Assembly: GCA_951406725.2 (NCBI GenBank)
Contig: OX597815.1
Span: forward strand, 161,324,001 to 161,388,000
DNA: 64,000 nucleotides
Reading direction: 5' to 3'
Source of the DNA: Octopus vulgaris
Taxonomy: Eukaryota
The position numbers and the translations under genes are program-made. The notes under the pieces were generated by a model. The model searched no databases, was not told the origin of the DNA, and was given only the letters and a program-made list of their open reading frames with translations. Shown piece after piece: positions 25,055 through 34,846 of the stretch. The stretch's first letter is position 1, and each line of letters starts with the position of its first letter.

Positions 25055-25240
25055 ATGATAGATCATTAGCCACTACACACATTTTTTTTCTCTCCTTGTT
25101 TTTTTCTGTGTCTCTTTCTGTAGAAGAGCGTAGGCTCGAAACGCAAAAGACTTTTTCTATTCCTGAGCATTATACTAATACATCTGTTTTGTTTTGTACA
25201 CCACCTGTCTTTGTCTTGTTTTTTTTCGTAAACTCTCCAT
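25055..25240 (+). mobile_element. Short element with variant minimal hammerhead (pLTR-like), copy 1
   Basis: tcttt CTGTAGA a gagc-gtag-gctc GAAAC gca aaaga at 25113-25150; second copy at 53128-53290; ends at (TA)n. Confidence 0.6.
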
Positions 25241-25442
25241 ATATATATATATATGTAGTAACAAACGAAAGAAAGGAATTCCTTCAAAGGGATGTGTAAA
25301 ACAAATTGTTGGCTATTTGGGTTTTTTAATGATTTTTTAATGTTATATTGTATTCATAGTCTATTATGTTATATTATATAATAAATTATTGGGTTGTCAA
25401 TTATATCTCTCTATTTAATTTATTGTTCATATATATATATAC

Positions 25443-25643
25443 TCTTGCTCTTTTGCTCTTTTACTTGTTTCAGTCATTTGACTGCGGCCATGCTGGAGCA
25501 CCGCCTTCAATCGAGCAACTCAAACCCGGGACTTATTCTTTTGTAAGCCCAGTACTTATTCTATCGGTCTCTTTTGCCGAACCGCTAAGTAACGGGGACA
25601 TAAACACACCAGCATCGATTGTCAAGCAATGCTAGGGGGACAA

Positions 25644-25684
<41 letters not shown>

Positions 25685-25842
25685 TACGTCGGGCTTCTTT
25701 CAGTTTCCGTCTACCAAATCCACTCACAAGGCTTTGGTCGGCCTGAGGCTATAGCAGAAGACACTTGCCCAAGGTGCCACGCAGTGGGACTGAACCCGGA
25801 ACCATGTGGTTGGTAAACAAGCTACTTACCACACAGCCACTC
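25443..25842 (-). mobile_element. SINE family A, full length, young
   Basis: CpG-retaining copy with high identity to 59545-59962. Confidence 0.92.
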
Positions 25843-27050
25843 CATATATATGTAATTTTTATCTGAATGGCAAAACTTTTGCATGAAACTTTCAGCCTTT
25901 GAGCCACTTCGTAACACTAGCAATTAAAAATTAGAAACTTTGTGTGTGTGTGTGTTATATTGTTTGTGCAAGTATGTATGCTTATATATTTATAGATATT
26001 TACAGAATTGGATTATAAGGAAAATATGTGGACATATGCAATTTTGTGAGCTAATGGGTGTCTTTTTGCATGTGTGTGAGTGTGTGTGTTTTTCCATAGT
26101 TATAAGTTACACATTAATGGAAGCATGTATTTGTTTCAGTTATACAGCAATATAATGCATATGTGTATGTGTTAGCTGTATTTGTATTCATGAAACGTTT
26201 CTCTTGTACATTCATGCTGTAAGGTAGCACATGTGTAAATATGAAATGTTTAGACATGTGCAAGCAGTAAGACAGCAACAGAATGCACATACACTGTCAT
26301 GTGCAGTTGGTTTAATATGTACGCATTAGAATCATGGCATCATATTTGTGATGTGCTGTCACCATGACAACAGCAGCAACAGAACCAAATGATGTTTATA
26401 GTCACAAGAAAAAAGAAACAGAAACAAAAAAAAAGAGAAAAAGAAATCAGAAACTATTTCAGTAACATTCACAATCTGTCATACGATAAACCCCCCCCCA
26501 AAAAAAAGCATTGACATTATGTGTCAGATAACAATAACATCAACAACAACATCGATTCCAACTATTATAAGACACGTCAAGAACAATAATAATGATAGAA
26601 AAAGAAAACAAAATATTCAAGATGATGATGATGATGATTTCTCTGTTGGCCTCAAGAGCAATGGATGACAGAACATTGCAATGACAATTATGAAAACAGC
26701 AGGAACTAAGTTCCGGAAAAGAAAAAAAAAACAAGCATGAAAATAATAATGGTATGCAAAAGAATGAAATGAGACGGCACAACAGAAGTGGAGGGGGTGC
26801 AGGCACAAAGGAAATAGTGTGGCTACTAAAAGTAAATGCAGTCTCGCAGCTGGATCTTTCATTTTATACGCGCATGATGAGAGGAAGCCTTTCACCTGCA
26901 CCATACTAAACAATACTACAACTACTAATAATAATCGTTTCTACTATTGGCACAAGACCTAGATTTTTATGGGGGAGGGGACAATTGATTACATCAAACC
27001 CAGTGTTTCACTGGTACTAAATTATATATAGATATATGTACATACATATA

Positions 27051-27099
<49 letters not shown>

Positions 27100-27104
<5 letters not shown>

Positions 27105-27296
27105 TAGAAGGAGCTTCTACAGGACTAGAACTGTTTCATTCAAATGAAATCATCAGGAAGCTTCCTGATGATTTCATTTGAATGAAACAGTTCTAGTCCT
27201 GTAGAAGCTCCTTCTATAAAATAAATTAATTTACTCTGCCATGTATTGAATACCTTATTTACTGTGGTTAACCCCGACTCAACCCGGGACCTACAT
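27100..27296. mobile_element. Palindromic hammerhead element inserted in (TA)n
   Basis: Perfect 122-bp palindrome 27100-27221 plus a ~75-bp unique extension; (TA)n on both sides. Confidence 0.75.
27159..27209 (+). ncRNA. Type I hammerhead motif (mirror copy on minus strand, 27112-27162)
   Basis: agcttc CTGATGA tttcatttgaat GAA acag-ttctagtc-ctgt A gaagct: 6-bp stem I, 4-bp stem III, GUA triplet; stem II weak (ttc/gaa). Confidence 0.7.
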
Positions 27297-27322
27297 ATAT
27301 ATGTATATATATATATATATAC

Positions 27323-27356
<34 letters not shown>

Positions 27357-27422
27357 ATATATATACACATATATATAGATAGATTGATAGATAGATATAT
27401 ATATATACATACATATATATAC

Positions 27423-27453
<31 letters not shown>

Positions 27454-27517
27454 TACACACACACATATATATATATATACACATATATATGTATGTGTGT
27501 GTATATATATATATATA

Positions 27518-27893
27518 GGTGCAGGAGTGGCTGTGTGGTAAGTAGCTTGCCTATGAACCACATGATTCTGGGTTCAGTCCCACTGCATGGCACATTGGGC
27601 AAGTGTCTTCTACTATAGCCTTGGGCCGACCAAAGCCTTGTGAGTAGATTTGGTAGACGGAAACTGAAAGAAGCCCGTTGTATATATGTAATTATCTATA
27701 TGTGTGTGTGTGTGTGTTTGACAACCGATGCTGGTGTGTTTACGTCCCCGTAACTTAGCAGTTCGGTAAGAGAGACTGATAGAATAAGCACTAGGCTTAC
27801 AAAGAATAAGTCCTGGGTCGATTTGCTCGACTAAAGGCAGTGCTCCAGCATGGCCGCAGTCAAATGACTTAAACAAGTAAAAGAGTAAAGAGT
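27518..27893 (+). mobile_element. SINE family A, full length
   Basis: Family A similarity; aaagagt tail repeats. Confidence 0.92.
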
Positions 27894-28447
27894 ATATATA
27901 TATTTATTTATTTATTACTTGTTACAGTCATTAGATTGCAGCAATACTGAGGCACTACCTTGAAACAATTTTTATCAAAGGAATTGACACCAATGCATTT
28001 TTTTAAGCCTAGTATTTGTTTTATTGGTTACTTTTGCTGAACCACTAAATTATTGGGTTGATTGTCAAGTGGCGGAAGAGTACAAACCAATGCAAAGACA
28101 TGCACACACACGTACACACACATACACACAAGCACACACACATACACATTGTGGTGTTGTCTTGCCATTCCAGTGTGAGTGCAGACAGGTGACTGTCATA
28201 ACACATAGTTTGCCTTGGTATTCTTAAGTCTGAGAGTGTCCAGCCTTCTAAAACCTTGTTACAGCAAGTTTTCTTCCAGGGAGAAAAGTGTGTAGTGGGG
28301 AAAGAGAGAAGAATTGGTTCCAGTATATGACTGTTACTTTATCGACCCACATTAGAATGAAATGTAAAGTTGGCCTCAATATAATTTGGATTCACAGCAA
28401 AGAGATCCAAAATGGATAGCATAAGGCAGTCCACAGTACACGCACTC

Positions 28448-28486
<39 letters not shown>

Positions 28487-28737
28487 TAAGTCATTAGAGT
28501 AGTGGACGGAATACTTTGTGTTATTCATTTCCAGTTTTTTGTACTGTGTGTTTACATCCTGAGAGAATGCTAGCAAAATCGACTCCAGTATATAGCTGCT
28601 ATTTTATTTATCAAGCCCATAAGAATGGAAAGCAAAGCCAACTTCACCTTTCATTCTTTATGGTAGATAACGTACCAGCTAAATACTGGGATCAATTCTT
28701 CCAGCACTCTCTCTGTCTGTCTGTCTGTCTCTCTGTC

Positions 28738-28797
<60 letters not shown>

Positions 28798-28855
28798 ATA
28801 GCTCTTGGATATTACCAAAGCTTCAGGTGTGGATTTGGTGGACAGAAACTGAAAG

Positions 28856-29451
28856 AGGCGAGCTGGCAGAAACGTTAGCATGCCGGGCAAAATGTTTAGC
28901 GGTATTTTGCCTGTCGTTATGTTCTGAGTTCAAATTATGCTGAGGTCGACTTTACCTTTCATCCTTTCGGGGTTGATAAATTAAGTACCTGTTATGCACT
29001 GGGTCGATATAATCGACTTAATCCATTTGTCTGTCCTTGTTTGTCCTCTCTGTGTTTAGCCCCTTGTGGGTAGTAAAGAAATAGGTATTTCGTCTGCCAC
29101 TACGTTCTGAGTTCAAATTCTGCCAGGGTCGACTTTGCCTTTCATCCTTTCAGGGTCAATTGAATAAGTACCAGTTATGCACTGGGGTCGATCCAATCGA
29201 CTTAATCCATTTGTCTGTTCTTGTTTGTCCTCTCTGTGTTTAGCCCCTTGTGGGCAATAAAGAAATAGATATTTCGTCTGCCGCTACGTTCTGAGTTCAA
29301 ATTCCGCCAGGGTCGACTTTGCCTTTCATCCTTTCAGGGTTGATTAAATAAGTACCAGTTACGCACTGGGGTCGATATAATTGACTTAATCTGTTTGTCT
29401 GTTCTTGTTTGTTCCCTCTGTGTGTAGCCCTTTGTGGGCAGTAAAGAAATA
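28856..29451 (+). mobile_element. SINE family B trimer (one head, three ~185-bp bodies) with TSD
   Basis: Body repeats start near 28901, 29084 and 29268; agaaactgaaagaggc at 28844-28859 and 29452-29467. Confidence 0.88.
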
Positions 29452-29564
29452 AGAAACTGAAAGAGGCTTGTCATATATATGTATGCATGAGTATTTGTTG
29501 CCATTTCCTTACCTTGATATCTTCATCATCGTCATTTAATGTCTGTTATATTCACTTGTATTGG

Positions 29565-29856
29565 TCTCTCAGTGTCTCTCTCTCTCTCTCTCTTAGCATC
29601 TCTCTCTCTCTCCCACTCTATTTCATTGTGTGTGTGTGTCACTCTCTCTCTCTCAGCATCTCTCTCTCCCACTCTATTTCATTGTGTGTGTGTGTCTCTC
29701 TCTCTCAGCATCTCTCTCTGCATCTCTCTCTCTCCCACTCTATTTCATTGTCTCTCTCTCTCTCAGCATCTCTCTCTCTCCCACTCTATTTCATTGTCTC
29801 TCTCAGCATCTCTCTCTCCCACTCTATTTCATTGTGTATCTCTCTCTCCCTCTCTC
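29565..29856. repeat. Minisatellite with unit ctctcagcatctctctctcccactctatttcattgt(gt)n
   Basis: About 5 units seen. Confidence 0.85.
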
Positions 29857-30517
29857 AATAGACAAAAAGACTACATTTTTCCTCTTTTCAAGCTGAGCTA
29901 ACCATTAGCTATCCAACAACATTAAAAATACCACCATCTCTTCTACTGACAACAACAACCACAAGATATATTATTGAGTTTCATAGTTTATAAAGTAGAA
30001 GGACTCTTGTCTTATTTTCTAACATATGTATTTGACTGTTGACATTCAGTTCCATCTCTAAACAAGACACAAACATCTTTTGCCTAAAGGTAGAAGATTA
30101 ATTTCAAAACATGTTATTTTATGTAACTTTTATTTATTTATTCATTCATGAATTACTGTATGAATCACTGAACAGCACTAACCTGCATGAATATCTGTCT
30201 GTTGATTGTTTTGAAGTTCAAAGAACTGTGGTTTTGAGTTCAAATCTGACCACAACCATTGGAATGTATTTGTTTAGCCCCAAGATGAGCTGGCCTATAA
30301 CACTGTGTAATGATTTTTTTTTTATTTTTGTCTTTGGTTAGTAAATGTTATTTCTTATTTGCATCTATATAGAAATCAAAGAAAATCAGTACTTTTCCCT
30401 TCAAGCTGCTTTTGTGACATGTACATCAGTGTTCTGAAACTGACCTATTTTCCATTACATTTCACACAGATTCAGTGCTAAGTTACTGGAGCAGAAATAT
30501 CATTATAATAAAAATTC

Positions 30518-30733
30518 TTATTTCTTTATTGCCTGCAAGGGGCTAAACATAGAGGAGACAAACAAGGACAAAGGGATTAAGTTGATTACATAACTGGTAC
30601 TTAATTTATTGACCCTGAAAGGATGAAAAGCAAAGTCCGACCTTGGCGGAATTTGAACTCAGAACATAACAGCAGACAAAATACTACTAAGCATTTCGCC
30701 CAGCGTGCTAATGTTTCTGCCAACTCATCACCC
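30518..30733 (-). mobile_element. SINE family B
   Basis: Reverse complement of family B. Confidence 0.85.
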
Positions 30734-31158
30734 TATTATAGTAAATATTCTGCTCAATAGCACAAATTTGCTTGGCAGTTGCTTGACCTTAATCACTTGA
30801 GCATGTCCCTTAGTGGCTGATATGTGTATCTCTGATCATGAGCAGGAATAGTGAAGGAGCATCGTGGCAATGTGTTGAGTGGGATTCTTTGGGGTTTGAA
30901 TAAATGTAACAAATGAAAAGTTTGAAGGAAATATTACCCATTTTTCATACTTTCTAGGGGTAAGCAAATAAGAAATAACAGTTGCTACCCAAGAAAAAAA
31001 ATCGTGTTACACAGTGTAATCACTGGCATTCCAACATTGATCATACATTTTTTTGTTTGCTTTTGGTCCTCAGATGGGTACCACATGAACCTTGGGGTCC
31101 ACATAAGATTTCATTTATGGGCAGTAAACTGGTTATATTTCTACAATACCCAAAGTAT

Positions 31159-31386
31159 TTAACCCTTTACTATTCAGATTATTCTATCAAAAGTAATGCT
31201 TATTCATTCACATTGATTTGAATAAATTATGCATTATCTCATAGCCTTGAGATTTTGATGAGCTAACAGTTAATATTTAGAAGGATATTGTAGGATTGTT
31301 GTGAAGGGCCAGGTTTGGCCAGTTTGAATATAAAACAGATAGAATATTTTAGTCAGATGTGGCCAGTTTGAATGATAAAGGGTTAA
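31159..31386. mobile_element. piggyBac-type MITE (TTAA-CCCT...AGGG-TTAA) nested in a hAT-type MITE
   Basis: ttaaccctttac...gataaagggttaa; other copies at 46434-46660, 55022-55233 and partial 1097-1223. Confidence 0.8.
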
Positions 31387-31880
31387 ATATTTTTTTAATG
31401 CAATTCCTAATAATATTTAATTATAAAAATATAATAGGAGTTTTTAGACATCAAATGGCTATGAGAACCCCCAGATCCTGGGTAAGCTAGGTCTATTGTC
31501 AGAAAATGGTTGCGAACTACTGATCTAATGTATCGGTTACTTTTTTAAAAAAATAGTTTGTAATTATTTGAGATTTAACTGATATTTCATATGGGTCAAG
31601 TGGTGATGTGGAGTTAAAAAACAATAAAGACTTCATAAAGAGAAGTAGAATTGGAAACCATTAAAACAAGGAAATTAAGCAAAAATCAAATATGTTTTAA
31701 AAAAATATTAAAAGTAGTCATTTTGATAAATGGACAAGGTGAACAGATAAGAAAAATGATAAAACAAGACTTTAAAAAGTGGTAGCGGGTAAAAGAAACA
31801 GGTTAAAATCTTGAGTTGAAATGTGATTTGATACAAGGAAGGAAAATTGTAAAATTAAATATAGCAGGAAGCAGAGAGAA

Positions 31881-31931
<51 letters not shown>

Positions 31932-32599
31932 TAAATGAGATGCAAAGCAAAGAAAAGCATGGAAGATTACTGGAGATTAAAACTGAGAAAAATATGATAA
32001 AAGAAGTACAGTTGCTTCTTAGTCTGTTTCTCTGAGCATCACACTATAATCAGATAGTGAGGATATAATTCATTCTCTTGACCTCAGTGTCACAAGAAAA
32101 GGTAAAAAATGGGGTCTGGCAGTGATGAGTTATTAAGAAAGACAATAAAAATACAAATTAAATTTTTTTATTTGATTTTTTTTTTTCTGAATGATGTTAA
32201 GGACAGATTGAAAGAAAATAATTGTCTGAATTGTATTCTTGGATTTATCTATAAATATTTTGGCTGGCTTTACAGAGTTATTATTTTTATTTCCTCAATT
32301 AAACATTGTCACCCATCATTTATTTAAAAATGGTAGTTTTTTTCTTATAAGCCTGGTACTTATTTTATCAGGCTCTTTTGCCAAACCACTAAGTTACAGG
32401 GATGTAAACACACCAATGCCAGTTGTCAAGCAATGTGTGTGTGTGTCTGTTGGTGCATGGTTAAGAAGTTTGCATTGCACCCTTGTCATTCCAAGTTCAA
32501 TCCCACTTTGTGATACTTTGGATAATTGTCATATCTTTGGGTAGGCAAATACTTTCTCAGTTAAATTTAATAAAAAAATATTTACCAAATTTCATTATG

Positions 32600-32635
<36 letters not shown>

Positions 32636-32661
32636 CATGTACGTATGTACGTACGTACATA

Positions 32662-33302
32662 CGAGGGGAAGTCAAAAATTATCCACACTTTTGCCATAAC
32701 ATATCTTTATAATTGTCACACTGCCTTCAGCATATACATGCTTAGAGTTGGTACTTTTGTGGTCATGTAATCGAAATTTGAGCCTGATCACACCATTTTT
32801 TTTTTCTGGCTTTACAGTGCAAGTATGGCCACTTTACTGGCAATGTGCATAAAAAAAATAACAAAGAGTAGTGATTCGAGGGATGGTAATGGTGCTTGCT
32901 GAATCTTCTTGTCAGTGGTGGAAGTTGACGGGTATCCTGCTCCCTCTTCATGTGTCATGCTTGTCTGGTCACTTTTAAACTTCTAAATCCAGTCATACAT
33001 ACTTCTATGCAGTAGTGCACTGTCCCCATATTGTGCTAAATGCCTCCAATGAATTTCAGCACCCAACACATCTTCTGACCAGAGAATTGGATCACTGTTC
33101 TTTGTTCTTCTTTGATGCACATTGCTAGTGGAGTGGCCATGCTTACACTGTAAAACCAGAAAGAAAAATGGTGCAATCAGGCTCAAACTTTGACCAGATG
33201 ACCACAAAAGTACCAACTATAAGCACTCGTACACAGAAGGAAGTGTGACAATAGTAAAGATATGTTATGGTGGAAGTGTGGATAATTTTTGACTTCCCTT
33301 CA
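32662..33302. mobile_element. Mariner-derived foldback element built from two 5' ends
   Basis: TA-cgaggggaagtcaaaaattatccacact...agtgtggataatttttgacttcccttca-TA; ~220-bp inverted arms; minus strand holds the degenerate transposase N-terminus (MATPLAMCIKEEQRTVI...GAEIHWRHLAQYGDSAL...DWI*KFK). Confidence 0.85.
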
Positions 33303-33307
33303 TATGT

Positions 33308-33500
33308 ATCATCATCATTTAACATCTGTTTTCCATGCTGGCATGAGTTGGACAGTTTGATAGAATCCAGTGAACCACAGGTCTGCATCGAGGTCCATGT
33401 CAGCTTTGGTATGGTTTCTATGACCGGATACCCTTCCTAACATTAACCACTGTACTGTGTGTACATTGGTGTTATTCCTGGCACCAGCACTCATGGAGTT
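33308..33500 (-). mobile_element. Diverged RTE-type tail copy
   Basis: catcatcatttaacatctgttttccatgctggcatg...ggatacccttcctaac. Confidence 0.7.
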
Positions 33501-34311
33501 GCCAAGTAACTTGCAGGATAGGAAAGAACAAGAATAAGAATAAAGAAAGGAAAGGGAAAAGCCCTCTTGACTACATGGGGAAAGTATTTGAGATGGTGGA
33601 GAGGGGATTTTATGCCAGGAACAAGTAGAGGAGTCTAGTTACAGAGAAGGTACATGGTTACTCAACATTTATATAAAGGTGGATGAGAGGTGCTAGGAAA
33701 GAGTAAGATAGTAGTGACAGGCTGCCAGAGTATAAAACTTTAGTAAAGACATGTTACATGCACTCGATATATCTGTCTATTTTTTGACTTTTTAAGTTTC
33801 AGTTTTTGTACTGCAGCCATGCTGGGACACTGACTGGAAAGGTTTAGTCAAATAAATCAACCCCAGTACTAATTTTAAAACCTGGTTCTTATTCAATTGA
33901 TTCTCATTTTGCCAATCTGTTAAGTTGCAGAGAGAGGCTTCTTTCAGTTTCCATCAACTGAATCCACTAGTTCTAGTCCAATGACTGGAACTAGTAAAAG
34001 AAATATTTATACATATATATATATATATCATCATCATCATCGTCGTTTAACGTCCGTTCTCCATGCTAGCATGGGTTGGACGGTTCGACCGGGGTTCTGG
34101 GAAGCCAGAAGGCTGCACCAGGCTCCAGTCTAAATTTGGCAATGTTTCTACAGCTGGATGCCCTTCCTAACGCCAACCACTCCGTGAGTGTAGTGGGTGC
34201 TTTTTACGTGCCACCTGCACAGGTGCCAGGCGGGGCTGGCAACGGCCACGGTCAGATTGGTGTATTTTATGTGCCACCGGCATGGAAGCCAGTCGAGGCG
34301 GTGCTGGCATC

Positions 34312-34765
34312 GGCCACGAGTCGGATAGTGCTTTTTACGTACCACCAGACCAGGGATCCTGGCTGGTTCAATTCGATTTCGATTTCGCTTGCCCCAACAT
34401 GTCTTCACAAGCAAAGGGGGTTGGCAAGGGTGCCTGTCGTACGGTCGCATTGGAGTATTTTACGTGCCACGGCCACGAGTCGGATAGTGCTTTTTACGTA
34501 CCATCAGACCAGGGATCCTGGCTGGTTCAATTCGATTTCGATTTCGCTTGCCCCAACATGTCTTCACAAGCAAAGGGGTTGGCATGGGTGCCTGTCGTAC
34601 GGTCGCATTGGAGTATTTTACGTGCCACGGCCACGAGTCGGATAGTGCTTTTTACGTACCACCAGGCCAGGGATCCTGGCTGGTTCAATTCGGTTTCGAT
34701 TTCGATTTCGCTTGCCCCAACATGTCTTCGCAAGCATGGGGGGTTGGCATGGGTGTCTGTCGTCG
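34312..34765. repeat. ~158-bp tandem repeat (about 3 units) in the RTE 3' UTR
   Basis: ggccacgagtcggatagtgc recurs at 34312, 34471 and 34629. Confidence 0.9.
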
Positions 34766-34846
34766 GATGAGGTTCTATATCGACTTCGCTTGCCTCAACC
34801 GGTCTTTGTGTCCAAGGGAGGAAAGGCATTCATAAGTGGGCTGGGC

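Noticed and set aside
26617-26913. Minus-strand ORF or possible terminal exon (GERLPLIMRV* in an alternative frame)
   Set aside because: Weak acceptor context and no recognisable homology.
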